64,000 nt of DNA from Raillietiella orientalis (Eukaryota), in contig JAYWIR010000054.1 of the NCBI GenBank assembly GCA_036172245.1, positions 372,001-436,000 of the forward strand. The letters are read 5' to 3'. How positions within the stretch are numbered: the first letter of the stretch is position 1; each line of letters starts with the position of its first letter. The notes under the pieces are model-generated. The model was not told where the DNA came from and searched no databases. It worked only from the letters and a program-made list of their open reading frames with translations. The position numbers and the translations under genes are program-made. Positions 12,740 through 25,763 of this stretch are shown here, piece after piece.

Positions 12740-13440
12740 AGAAAAGTCTCCGCAATGCCCCTAGGACAGCACGATGCCCTTGCGGGGGCGGTGAAGATCC
12801 TCGTTTTCCGCACCTGCAGCGCAGCTCGGCACGACGCCTTCCGGGAAGGTCGACACGTGTGCGGCGTGTCGGTACGTGGGAGGGAGAGGCGGCAGCTCCA
12901 ACCCCGCGCCGGCTCCCGCTTGCTGCTAAACGCCTGAGGGAAAACTTCCCTCGACCCCTGCTGCCCTCCTCCTGTCCCGGTCACCGGGAGTCGAGCAGCG
13001 GTCGCGTTGCTCGAGGAATTCTTGCACCGGCTGCGCCGCGGAGCGGATTCCGGAGGTCGTTCCCGTAGGCCGCTGCGTGGACAGCAGCACCGCGATGTGC
13101 CCTCCTTCTTGCGGTCCGGTCGCCACTTCCCTCCCAGGCGCCGGAACCGTTTCCAGGGTACCAGATGTTCCGCTCTCCGGAAGCAGCTACCCGCAGTCTG
13201 GAGCGCCATCCGTCTCCATCCCGTCATGAAGCACTGCGCAGCCCCGCAGGTTCGCCTCCAATTCCCCGTTGCTACGAGACGGGATGCAGGACTGAGAGCT
13301 CTCTCTGCGAAGACTTGCAGCTCCCGGCTTGGGCTGGAGCGGCCTTGGCGCTAGCCCTGCTCGCTCCCGAAATCCCCTGGGACGCGCGGCGGCGGCGCCA
13401 ACTCTCCGCTGCGAAAGAGCCCGGGGGCGCGCGCAGAGGC
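12740..13440 (+). mobile_element. Decayed RT region of an L1/Tx1-like element
   Basis: HVCGVSVRGR, LEEFLHRLRRGA and RRDAGL match HVYGVPVRRG, LEDFFELILRGA and RRDAGL of the intact ORF2 in the same order. Confidence 0.65.
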
Positions 13441-14050
13441 GGCGCATCTCCGCCCTACCGGAAGAGCATCACCTGTAGTTCTATTGCCCCTGCGCCCTGA
13501 ACCTCCGGGAGGGGAAGGCAGCGTGCGCGTGGATCCGCGTCCACGCGCGCGAGCATCCTGGGGTAGTCGTTCTGGAGGAGGCAGAAGGGAGCTGGAGTAA
13601 GAAGAACGGCGGCTGCCGACCCGCAGGGCAGAGGATGGCGCGCTCCTCCGTTTCAGGTGCGACGAGGTCTCCGAACGACAACCGGGAACGGACCAGCTGG
13701 TTGTGGCGCGGCGACACCCGGTGCCCTCCCCGAAAGCCTGCTCCGTCCGGCCATTCCGCCGCGGTCGCAAATCGTGACTCCTCCTCTCTGTCCGGACAGC
13801 TCCCTGCACTCCCTCCAGGTGGCAGCACGAAGAAGGCGTGGAAACTCCCACGCACCTGCTGCTGGGATGCGGTGCGCTTCGAGGAACTTCCTGGCGGCTG
13901 CTGAGCCCACGCGGGCGGCCTTGTGTTTGCCGTCTCAGCACGTGGTACCGAGCGCTGCGGGTTCCAATCCCGCCCAGGGGGACGACGCTGAAAACGGGGG
14001 AATGCGCCGTGGGCTTCGAGCTCCCCCCCACCCATGAAGTACGACGCTGG

Positions 14051-14780
14051 TTTGACACCCGGTCACGACGGGGCGTTTATCTGTGAAAAAATAAACATAT
14101 AAGGTAGTGGCAGGATGTGGTTTTGCCACCTTACATAAATATACAAAAAGAACTTGCGGGGAACCGTCGTGGTTCGTCTGGAGGGCGTTCCTGCATGGGA
14201 TGGAAGGCAATACGAGCAGAGAATCTTTCGCGGCATCTGCTGCGGTCGGGGCTCACTCCCCCGGGTCCAGTGGTATCGGTGGGAGGTCCCAATGCAACAC
14301 AAGCGTCGCCAACTCCTGCCACATTATGGGGGAGAGGGTAACACCGTTACAGCACACTGGGGACCACTTCACCTCCTCCAGAGGAATTTGTAGGAACTCT
14401 CCCCAGCGTAGCTGTCCATTTAGAGGGACTCTCGGGGCGACAGTAACTGTCAGCTCCCAAGTTGTCCAGATATTTGCATGTTTCCTTCTATTTTCGATAG
14501 TGCAAGTGACCTTTTACCTTGCCGGAAGGTCGCTGTCCCTTGCTCCCCGTAGGGAGGACAGCACTGGAGCTAGGGGAGTGGATGACGCCCAAAGCGGGTT
14601 CCTGGTGTTACCAAGTATGTCCCCCAACGGCTGGCGAGCGCATCTGCCGTTTCTTAGGCAGATGAACTCTGCCTCCTCGCTCGTACCGTTGATCTTTCCT
14701 CGGGCGAAAACCGACTCCTGAAGCCAAGTAGCCCAGTTCGCGGGGAGGACGGAGATCCAGGGATTTCGTTGTACCGAGGC
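14051..14780 (-). mobile_element. 3' fragment of an L1/Tx1-like element (ORF2 C-terminus and 3' UTR)
   Basis: RWGEFLQIPLEEV...WQELATLVLHW and GGVSPDRSRC match RWSEHLSVPPEEL...WKQDVIMLMHW and GGVVSPNCKRC; ends in the family 3' terminal motif at 14051-14081. Confidence 0.7.
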
Positions 14781-14783
14781 AAC

Positions 14784-17700
14784 TTTTTTTCTTTTTTTTT
14801 TTTTTTAAGGCGTTATTTTTATTACGACATTTTTACACATTTTTGCCCAATTTCGGGAAGGTCTGCGCGGACTTTCAAAGTTCAAACAGGTAACGAGGCG
14901 GGAGCATTTATAAAGTTATGACACACATAGTCAAGTTTTTAGGAGCGTCCAGTGCAGTTTGATCCGACCGTAGGTGTTTCGGTTCAAAAAGATGCTTCTT
15001 AACACGTTCTTTGAGTCCTGGAGAGAAACATTTCGCCTTCGGGGATTCAAGTGTGAGGTAAGGGGAAAGAGAAGCTCATCGAGTGCACAGCGTGGAGAGG
15101 ATGCGGAAGGCGTCGGCTATGGGATGCTCATCTACCCCGCTGTTCGGTGGGTAGGGGTCAACACAGGGAGGAGTTGGTCCATGGGAACGGGCAGGGGATT
15201 GAGTGCTGCTGTCATGTTGAGCGAACTAATCGTCAGCTTGAATGTTCACGTCGCCTTCATGCGCAGGTTGCGTGCTTGCGATGGATATGTGGTTCACGCA
15301 TATGCCGCGAGCAAAATTTTATCATCTCTTTGCAAGCAGGAGAAGACAACCCTTTTATCGCCATGCTGGATGACCGCGTCGGTTTCAAACCTCCGTCGTT
15401 TCGCGGGTCCCACGTGCCGAGAGAACCGACGACGATAGCGTCGTTCACCGTTTGCCAGCCTTGGTCCCTGAGGCTCGCTTCAAGACCGGAATATCTGAGT
15501 CTGTTGGGTCCGCGAGCGAAGGTCGATTCTCGAACGGGACGGCAACGTCGAGGATGCCGGCTGTGGTGGACTTTCGTAGGAAGATGCCTCGGGCCGGAGT
15601 GTGGAGTTCTCAGTGTCCAATCTGCGATCCGCCATCGTTTCGGGGACAAGGATTTCATGAGCATGTCGACCACGCGGCTGTGCCTCTGTGTGATCAAGGT
15701 GCATTTAGCAATGACAGATCACGTGCGCTGGTGTCTCCTTCACTGATCGAGTTGCCCGGGTCTCTTTCGGTTTCCATTGAGCGGGGAGACGGATCAACCG
15801 CGCTCGGTGAAGAAATCTCCGATCGGCGAAACGCAAGACGTCACACATCGGAGGAAAACTCGTGGAGGCTGGATGAAGACCGACGCATTCCATCATTTCC
15901 TGCTCTCATCCGGTTTAGTCGGTAGCCATTCTATTTCTTCGTCTCGGAAGGCGTCTCGGATGGATGGGGCAACCTGTCGCCGGCTGGCGGGTGGTAAGTG
16001 TTTTGGGAACACCTGGGCTTCCTGGGTGTTCATGGAGGGGTCCAAGGTCCCGTCCTGAGTCGACCACTGTACGGGAAGGTTTTTTGCGGCTTCCCTGACG
16101 GATGACCACAGGGTTCGAGAATCGCCGCTGGATTTACCAAAGGGGGATAGACAAAAGCCGTTCAGGTATTGGGTCATCAGTTCCATCGTGGGGGGTGAAT
16201 GTGTGGGTTTTCCTCTTGGTGGCGTCAGCCTGAGCAGCAAGGGAAAGATCGGTGACTTTTTGGTCGGGGCAGCTGAGCATTTTGAGGGCAGAATCTAGGA
16301 GCATCGTGCGAGCTTCTTCGACAAGCAACATGACTCTGACCCTACCGTAGATGTGCTCGTTGGAGGATCCCTGGGTCAGCGGAAGCATGTTTTGTTTGAG
16401 AGTGTTCCGAGTTAACTTATCGAGTTTAGCCCACGATGATGGTCGTTCCTAACCTGAGGTCGTGCACAAGGGAGGGGAGCAAAAAGGTTTTCGTGGCATC
16501 AAATTTCTGCCAGGGTGCTAAGGAGGATTGGAAGCGTCTAGCAAAGGTGTCAACGTCGCCATCGTAGAAGGTGGGATCGGATCCTACAGGCTTTCCTCGG
16601 TATTTGTAAGTTTCATGGTGAGCTAGACGTGGGATAGAAGGATCGAAAACAGAAAATAAAGTGGGGAGTACTTGAGGAGGAGAAGACGAACAATGGTAGG
16701 ACCCACATTTTGAAGGATTGATTTGTAGACCCGCAACATGGGTGGTATTAGCAAACGCTGTCAAAGCGGTTTGTAATTCTGTTTGGGAGCTGGAGATTAG
16801 GACTACGTCATCTGCATATGCGAGAGGGAGTATGCTGGGATGGTCGTCAAGGATCAGCTGGATAAACGGTTCAAGCGTGATATGGAACAAGAGCCCACTT
16901 AGTGGACAACCTTGTCGGACACCAGCGTTTATAGGAATAGGGTTCGTGCTACCCTCACGACAGGTAGGGTGAGTTGAGGATCTATTGTCTAGCTCCCGCA
17001 TCAGCGAGCAGAAGGTGCTACCGGCACCAAAAGCATTCAGAGATTCGAAAATTAGTTCATGGGGTACAGAGGTGGAAGCATCTCTGAAGTCTATCCATGC
17101 AATTGCTGAATTTTGATGATGGTTTGGCAAAGTTGAGAGCCAAGAGGGCTTGAACTTCGCTAGGTGGCCACGACGACCGAGGTCAATTTCTGGCAACCGG
17201 CTACTGGCTTGGCGAGGATTCTTGCCGGAGCACACCAAGGCGTAGTCCAGAGCTTAGAAAGCCATTGCGAGTCTTCGGGATTGAATCTGACGCTCGATCC
17301 TCTCCAGCGTAAGGAGGTCCAGTCCACCATCCTTACGTGGACGACGCTGGTTGATCCGTAGGCTTTGGGTGCGGTACCTATGAAAGCTGGAAACCCTGAA
17401 TGGCCTCGTTGAGTGGACGTGATTGCAATGTGATCCTTCCGGAGTCCTTTCGGGAATCAAGGAGCCCTTCTGTGCTTCCGTTCAGTTGTAACAAGGGAGC
17501 CGTCGAATTCACCCTCAAGGAACAACCCTCCGTCCCATGCCAAGAACCTTCTTAATACCCTCTTTGGAAGGAGGGGGAAGGGGGAAGGAGAGTAAGCTCT
17601 CTGGAGTGTAAGGTGCGGCAAGCGTGATTGCTCTTTCGTCTTCACCTTGCAGGACCACGTCCTGCCTCAGTCTGGAGTCCGCCCCTGGGAGGGGATGGTG

Positions 17701-17900
17701 TAAGGTTTCTCCTTGCGGTTCTTTTCCGCTTGATGACCAACTCATCCAGTTAACGCTTGAGAGCGTCATGGGCAGAGGTTTGCATCATGCTCAAGCGACT
17801 GTTTCCACAGGGCAAGGTGGAAGAGGTGTAGCGCAGCAGAAGCAGCAGAGCTCCCGAGAAAGGGGGTCCAGGCCCAACGCCCACGAAGAGTGGCTGCTGC
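14784..17900 (-). mobile_element. Decayed RLE-type non-LTR retrotransposon (NeSL/Utopia/R4-like) with poly(A) tail
   Basis: RT motifs AWIDF...SVPH, GVRQGCPLSGLLF, LAYADDV, GLQINPSKC, LAPWQK (16426-17238); ETPAHVICHC knuckle, RHSRVV and IVVGSLGTW endonuclease motifs (15257-15760); T-run at 14784-14806. Frameshifted; 5' boundary uncertain. Confidence 0.88.
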
Positions 17901-18491
17901 GCCGAGCGGAAAACAAGAAGGTTCCACGCAAAGACATCGTCCGTCCATCGTTTCCCACGGACGCCATGGCTCTGGTCCTTCTGGTAGCAGCGTGACGCGC
18001 CACTCCTGGAGTGCGGGGATTACGCGAGCGATCGGCGCCGCCGTTTTTGATGCACACGGAGCCCCTCACTGCAGATGCGCTAGGCAAACGGTGAGGAGAG
18101 GGTGCAGAACGTTCCCCTGGAGTCTGCTGTGCCCACGCGGACAGCGCCCTCACCGCAATCGGGCTGGCGCTCAGAAGTGCGAACGCACGCTGACACTCCA
18201 ACGGCCCTCTTCCAGTTGACCCCAAAGACTTTTCCCAAGGTCTCCTTTCCCCAGCGGGAGATGGATAGTCGGGACAGCAGCGGTGTGACGTCCCTTCTCG
18301 ATGCCCTCTGAAAGCTTCACACGAAGAGCGCCCGTCGTGTCGGAAGCACCGTGGAGTCCTTTCTGAGGTCTTGGCCGCTGGAGGAAGACAGGGAACACTG
18401 CTAAGAAGGTGATTGCGGGCTGCCACTGCTGAATCATGCGGCAAACTCTGGGCGTGGCACTGGATTTTTCTTTCGGTATTTCTTTTTTTTT

Positions 18492-19846
18492 TCAATTTTC
18501 TGACCAGTGCCAGAGGCTCTTTCTTGTGGTGCACATCGCCAGCGGGATGTCAATATCCATTTCTAAAGCGATTTATCTCTCGGATGATAACCACATCGAT
18601 GCTGCAGCTCCTGATCCTGTCAGCAGCTGGCGGATGCAACGTCTTGCTTTGCCTCCATGGATTCATTTTTAAAATTTTCTGGATCCAATGGACTCTTCGC
18701 GCTTAAATTCTGGTTGTTTCGAGTGCGCCAACTCAATTGGAATTGCGTCGGGAGGAGCGTCTTCAATCACGAATGTGCTATCTGGTTTTCTTCGAATGCT
18801 TTTCTTCTCCACTTCAGTACTGTCCTCAAACGGTGGATTGAGGACGCCATAATAATCAGAAGCCTTCCTGGACATCTCACGGAGCACATTGCTCCAGGGG
18901 TCGTTGGGTATGTCAGAACACAATGCGCACTGTGTAGGATAGCGTAGGAAGTCGGATGTACTGGAGACCAAGCTACGGGATTCTGCAGTAGATGCACCAG
19001 CAGCAGGAGCACTTAACGACGAAGGATGCCGAGCAGGTAACGGGAAAGAAGGCTCAGCAGGATGTGGAGCTTGTTGAGCCTCGGAGGATGAGAGAAAAGG
19101 TACGGAAAAGTGCACAATACTGCGAATTGTTTCATCTTTGGTGACTGAGGATTTGGAGGGATGGAATGGAATTTTACGCGTAATGGATTGGGGGCCGGCC
19201 TGGGCGCTTTTTTTTCTTGGATCCTAAGGACCGGCTGTTGGAGAAGAGAGTCTGGGGACATCGATGAACGTAAGGATGAAACGAAGGACAACTTTTCACG
19301 TGAACTCTGGAATCTAGGGATTTCTTTTGATTTTTTTGGAGTACTCATCCCATTGGATGAAGATAATGTACCTCGAGATGGGGCGTTCAGTGGTCCTTCC
19401 AGAGCGGCGTGGGGGACTGAATGAAACGGAAGTTCTTAAGCGTTCTTCTGGAGAGACTTCATTGGAAGATGGAGAATTAATAGAAGAGGTTTGCAACTTC
19501 GCGCCATTTCTTCTTTCTTTCTCAGCGGTGGATGGAGGAGATTCGACAGAGATTGAGGAAATCGATTCAGGGAATTCAGGACTCAACGGAAGGAAAGTCA
19601 ATTTCTTAGGTGAACTGTGGAAATGCGGATTCCTTCAGTACGTTCCCTTCAGTGCGTAATCTCTTGGAGGAAGAAGATGCACTTCGATGGGAGCGTTGAG
19701 TGGTACCTCTAGGGCGGCATGGGAGACTCAATGGCATGAAACTTTCCAAATTTTTCTCAGGTAACGCTTTACTGGAAGATGGAGGATTAATATAGGAGAT
19801 TTGCACCTGCCTTTACTTACCCTCGTCCAGCCTTTCGAAAAGCCAT
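18492..19846 (-). pseudogene. BAF-like family subtype C, disrupted
   Basis: Exon 1 MAFRKAGRG plus 49-nt intron; Ser/Pro-rich broken frames; remnants DFLRYPT, FKNESMEAK and DIPLAMCTTRKSLWHW; followed by the shared 3' flank. Confidence 0.55.
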
Positions 19847-22800
19847 AACGGTAAAAGTAGACGTATGAAGGAAGGAGACACTTTAAATAGAGCAATGATG
19901 GAGAAGGTCTTGGAAACCACACATTTGGTTTTCCAAGTGTCCGTTTGGATGCTGGCGCCCGTCTTTGCGCGTGCTCATCGGGCGCTGAATGTGTGAGGCC
20001 GGGCGGATTCAATGGCCATCCAGAGCGACGTGGGGAAGGACGGCCAGGGTGCACGCTCTGCTTGTCAAGGGAGCGCGGTGCTCTCCTTCGGGAGCAGCAT
20101 CATCTCTTCCCACCTGAGGGAAGAGAGCATTTCGTTCCCTCTGACAGGCCAGCAGTGTTCTGGACGTAGCGTGAGGGCTACGAGAACCATGGTGGAGGGC
20201 TTGGAGGCTGGTCTGCTCTCTTGCCCTCTGTATCCGCTGGTATGGAAAGCGCTGGTTTCCTGGCTGCAAACCGCGGTCTCTTTCCCTCAAGCCCAGCTCG
20301 TGTGCCTGCACCTTAAAAGCTCCAACGCTCGTTGCCTTCATAGGAAGGGAGCGAAACCACTCCTAGGGGAAGAAACGGGAGCACCGCTTAAAATTGAAAG
20401 TGAAGTGCGTACGTGTCTACCCCTTTGGCAGCAAACACCATGCTTCTCATGAGGGACCCTAAGCGCCCCTCCGTCCACATTGGCGATTGCTACGAGCGCT
20501 GGGGTCAAGAAAGACGTCTCCATACAAGAGAAAACCAGCAGGTGGGATCTCTTCAGTGGTCTCTCCCGCCCTGCAGCACTCTGTTCTGCTGGCATGAACA
20601 CGATTTCGCTTCTTCGAGGCATCACCCAGTCCATTGGATCAGAAGCAAACACAGGGAGTCGGGGGTTTCCTGCATCCCGTCGACGTTTCAAACGGACTGC
20701 TCCGTCTCACGCGGAAGCAGCGGTCCCCGTTGCGCAGGGGCCATCATGAGCTGCCTCGCCTTCCTGCGGTTTGTCGCACGCGCACGCCCTTCCACCTTCC
20801 TGCGCATTCACGCGTGAGATGTGCACCACGCAGCTCGGTATGCGTTGGCCCTCGACCTCCGTTGCCACGAAGGGTAGGACGAATGCTGAAATGTGAACCA
20901 GGGCAGCAAAGACGCTCTTGTCACCAGCTGAAGAAATGCACCGTCGATAGTTGGCAAGTAGGCGATGCCTGGGAAGATGTCGCCTGCGGGTGATGAGGAG
21001 GTGTTGCTTCAAGTCTCTGAGTGTTAAAAGGGTTGCTCGCAACATTCACGTCCCAGATCGAGGCTGGCGGGTCGCGCAAGCGTCCTTCTCTGCGTTGCTC
21101 AGCATTCCGGAAAGGGAATGCCTCGCGTCACACTGACGGCTGCACGAAGCAGAAGTTTTCTCGTTCGGGGAAGCGCTCTGCCTCCTGGAAACCGAGTCTT
21201 TTCGTGTTGGCACTTCCGTTGAGGGCCCGCTTCCAGGCGACGCACTGCTAAGCGATACTCGGACGAGGTTTGGGGAGCGCTCTCATCTGAGCAGTTCACG
21301 GACCACGCTCCTGGATCCAGGCTGCCGTCTTCGTTCGACATCTCTGGTGACATGCAGGAGGAGCACGGAGCAAATTGCAAGAGGAGTGAGTAGGGACCGC
21401 GCTCCGTCTTCCGAAAGACCGTTCTCGTTCGGAGGAAGCGCTGCGTGGGCGCACCAAGGTTTCCTGCTCTCTGAGGTCATCGGGAGGACACTAGGTCGAC
21501 CGAGGGCGTTGCTTGTCGTGCGGAGCTACTTCACGTGCAGCGCGAGGTCAAGTGTGGAAAGTGGGGTTCACCTCTGGTGCGCATCGCTCTGCGCGTCGTT
21601 GCACCTAAGGATCGCCGGCGAATCGCACCCACAGAATAAGGAGAGACTTTCCTGCTCGGTCGCTGCCTCGAAGGATAGGGTGTGGGTATGATTTCGGTCT
21701 CCAGCTCCGTCGATTGGGGAAAGCCATCTTAGGCGCGAGGTGGTTAGGCGGGCTCTGCGGCGTGTGCGAGGGTCGGCTGCTTAAGAGAGGAGGGTGCGAT
21801 GCTGGTTCACGGATGCTGGCGCCAACATGCGGACAGGCGTCCAACTCACCCAGCATGCCGAACCGTCGCTGCTCTTTGGACATATCCCCCGTGGAATCCC
21901 GTCTCCCCCGTGAGTGCTTTGCATCCTCGCGAGGAACGCAGGTCAATCGGCGTCGCATATCGGGCGACAGGCTCACTCGTCAGGGAGAGGTGATCGCTCA
22001 GAGCTCGCTTTCGACAGGTTGCCACGTGCCTCTACGGACAGGTCTGGAAATCCTTACTCCTCGCCTTCCGCCGACGGCCCGCTGGCACGGAGTCCAGCTC
22101 CCTCGGACTTGTCATCAGCGATAAAAAGGCGTCGTGTGGCGAGGCGCACAAGCCGTCGGGGATCGTGCGGACGAGCGTCGGATTTTGTTTCCCTGTTTTT
22201 TGGGAAGCAGCGCGCCCGGGTGCACAGCCACCGAGCAAGGCGTTGACCATCGTCTTCGCAGCCTGGATGTCGTCGTCTCCGCTGTACCCTGCACTCGAGC
22301 CAGTGAGAACACGGAGGGTCTCCTCTTCCCGCCTGATGTCCGTGCCTACGCCTCCCGTAGGACTTCCTGGAGCATGTGTGTGTCGCCTAACACCGTATTC
22401 CCCTCTCCCAAAGGCGCGTCCTCCGATCACCGCATTGGCACGCCGCCCTGCTGAAAATGACGTCACTCCGGTTGTGTCGAGGCAGGGAGCGGACCGGAAA
22501 GCGTGTTCGCAGCAGGCTGTCGGTGTCCACAGCAGCTCCTGGTCCTCGCGTGCGGATGCCGTTCGTGCGACCACCAGGGTTTCCGACTCCCGCGTGCTCG
22601 CTAGCTACCCGACGGCGTCAGGATCTGCGTTTATGTCGCGGCAGCAACCTCAGGCACCGCCGCACCGCCGCCTTCGAAAGCGGGACTGTGCGGGATGCTG
22701 CACCTGGGCGTCGTTGCGAGACCTCTCTCGTTCTATCTTCATTGCCTGCATTTTTTGCACCCGGCTTCCCGTCCGTGCTGATGACCGATGGACGGATTAG

Positions 22801-23154
22801 TGCAGAAGGAAAATGTTTACCCCGAAGTGGCAGCAGTTGACGTTGCTAATATCGTAGCACAGCCCAGTCCTCACACGATGAGGAGAGGGATTATCCTCCC
22901 CCTACGGTGCCATATCCTTTTTCTCCTCACGTCATCATCGTCGCCTTCTGGATCGGCTCCTGAGTCCTCCAGCAGCATAGATGCAGTGCTGTTTGAGCAC
23001 AGGGAAAGTCGTTGCTTTGGGAAGGGTGTGCGCCGTTGTTTAAGTGCTCAGTCGGAGGACTCAATTGTTTTGGTTTCCAAGGAGACGATCTTCAGCACTG
23101 CTCTATCGGAACTGTTCGCTTCCTCCTTCCTCTTACTTACTCACCTTGGCAGCT

Positions 23155-23995
23155 ATGGATCCCCGAAGACGGTATGAAAGGGTCTGTGCGAATGTCCGAT
23201 ACTAATCCACCATTCCATAGTGCTCTTGATTATTCTTCACTCCCTGGAACTCGTGGTGCACCCAGTGTTCTATCCAGTCCTACTCATCGTGATGTACCCC
23301 ATCGTGGTGTACACCATCGTGGCTCTCCAGTACGGCGTGCGCTCCACTTTGAACCCGATGATCCGACCCCTAGAGTCGTTACACCGTCACCCGGAGCATC
23401 CTTGGTCCCACACTTAGTCCAAGGGAACCCTTCAATCAGAATTCATAATCCTCCTCCTTCGAGATCTCATGTTGATATGGTCCTGGCTACACCTCCTCCC
23501 ATGAGGCTGGCATCCCAAGCCACCATTCCGGAAGCATTCGTGGAGGATGACAGCGTTGAAATAGTACGCTGCGCAAGAAGAATAGATAGCATACAGAGGC
23601 ACGCGTCGACGTTGCTTCTCCCACCTCCATTCAAGCCAGACATAGTGGTGTCCAGATTGCACGACTTCAAGGAACAGGCATTTCCTAACCTAACCGTAAG
23701 AAGTATTCCAGGAATCGACTCAAGATTTTGCCAGATGCTCAGAGACAAGGGCTATGAGACCATCGGACACTTGTACACATTACTGGAGGAAAATCTTTTC
23801 GATTCGATTTTGTTCGAGGAGTCCCTGGAGGACCTGAGAGTGCACACGAATTTCCTTACGATCGTCAAAACCATGTATACAGCTTTGATGTTGTGGAAGT
23901 GGTACCACACAATGAAAAGACTTCCGCGAACTAATACCCGAGATTACAGAGCACATCTCGTCAAAAATTTGAAAAAACGAAGAACGAATCAATAA
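23155..23995 (+). CDS. BAF-like domain protein, subtype D (exon 23155-23171, intron 23172-23220, exon 23221-23995; ~263 aa)
   Basis: MDPRRR exon; GTATGA...TACTAAT...CATAG intron joins in frame. HDFKEQAFPNLTVRSIPGIDSRFCQMLRDKGY...DSILFEESLED aligns gap-free with BAF [32 protein letters not shown]...DEDLFREWLKD; AATAAA overlaps the stop. Confidence 0.82.
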
Positions 23996-24789
23996 ATCAA
24001 TTAAGAAAGCTTTTGGTGTGAATAGGCATAGGGCCCTTGGCGCATCAGGTGTGCCGGAAATTCCCTGCAGATCACTCCGTCGTTTGCAGTGGGAGTTTCG
24101 ATAGTGCAGGAGTGCGTCGGTGCCTGAGGTTGCCGCGACGTGAACGGGGTCAATCCGTGACGACGGAGGTTCCCGTGCATCAAGGCTTCTTTCTTGATAC
24201 CAGCGCACATGTCAATCACATCGTCGCTTCTCATGCCCATGAGAAGCGCTCCCTCCGCCCGCGTCCTGAGAAGCCACCGAGCCTTGGGCCGGGAGTACTG
24301 CGTGCTCAGGAGCTGGGGCTCAGGGAAGGAGAACGCGACTGGCAGTTAGGAAAGCCGTTGGTATGAAAATCCGCTCCTTCCACACCAGCAGACAGTCCTC
24401 CCCGTTACTGTTCACCGAGGTCCCCGCAGCCCTCACGCAGCGTCCAGGACACAGCCAGCCCGCGGGAAGCAACGAAATGCTCTCCTTCCCGAAGCGCCAG
24501 GAGGCGACGCTGCTTACCAAGGACAGCTCCGTCCCTCGGCGATAAGCAGAGAAGGCACTCTGGCCGTCCTCCACCACATCATCATCGCCGTTCATGATGG
24601 CGTCGGAATCCCTTTGGCAGCACATATGCGGCGCCACATGCGCACGTGGAAAGGCGTTGCTGTCGTAAAGGCGAACTCCATCATCCAAGAGGACACTTTG
24701 CAAACCAAATGCGTGGTTTCCAAAAAGACCTTCTTCATTACTGCTTTATCGCTAGCGTTTCCTTCTTTCTTCCTCCTACTTTTGCCGCG

Positions 24790-25763
24790 ATGTCTCACCG
24801 AAAAGCTGGACCAAGGTAAGGAAAGGCAGTTGCAAACCTCCTATATTAATCCACCATACCATAGTGATTGCAAAGCAACTCTTAGCGGAGATGCCGCAGC
24901 AGGTCCCACTGCAATTCTCAGGTCCTATGCTCCCAGTGCGTCTTCACATTTAAATTTGCCTACAGAACGCAGTCCGATCGCTTCTGCAGAACACCCCACT
25001 ATGCCGATTACATCCCATTCTTCAAAAGCCATGCCATTCCCAGTGAGCTCTCTATTACAGAAACCTTTGGAAAACACCCTGACTACCTTAGATCACTTGA
25101 AATGTTACCGGATTTACCAGAAACTGCTGAATGCTTTGCAGCAAGAACATCATCTCCGGCAAGCTCAATGAAGGAATCATGGAGCATACGATTACCGTCC
25201 ACATTCAGGTATCGACCTTATGTAAGCACACGAAGGAGTGAAATCTTTTGTGGTTTCTTCACCACACCCACTTCTTCCAAAGGTGAAGAAGTTTTCGAAC
25301 CTCGTGACATCTCATTAGACCCACACCCATAGGATATCCTTTGAAGAGCGAAAGTCCGGGATACCCTCTGAGTGACCATTTCCAAGTGGAAATCTTCCAG
25401 CAACCTCTAAGGGCATTGGCATGTTGCAACCTGAAAGCGAAGCTGAGGACGTTTCGCTTTTCACCTTCCAGACGGCCCTACCGGCGCGGAACCTCACAGA
25501 CATATCCAAAGGAATTTGTCGGGAACGAGTGGGAATCTCTAGATGGCCTCGGAAAAGGAATCCAAGACATAAATGAATTGTCATCTCACAATTCATCTAT
25601 GTCGGCATTCATTTACGAACAATCATCAGACGAAGAATAGGAAGCTGTTCATCGTAGAACTCGCCACCATCTCCCGACAGGAAAAGAATTTGCAGCTTGC
25701 CAATGGAAAACACTGAAGAGATGGATAGCTTTACTGAGGGAACCACGCCTGACAGAGCTGTGA
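24790..25763 (+). pseudogene. BAF-like family subtype B, frameshifted with an internal stop
   Basis: Exon 1 MSHRKAGPS, 49-nt intron 24816-24864; C-terminal TSQTYPKEFVGNEWESLDGLG...*...ACQWKTLKRWIALL resembles BAF TSQ...SLAGIG...DCFGCLREW. Confidence 0.6.

Noticed and set aside
23012..23154. ORF-track starts at 23012, 5187 and 32697
   Set aside because: These are non-ATG starts in leader or intron sequence; spliced ATG models fit all paralogs consistently.
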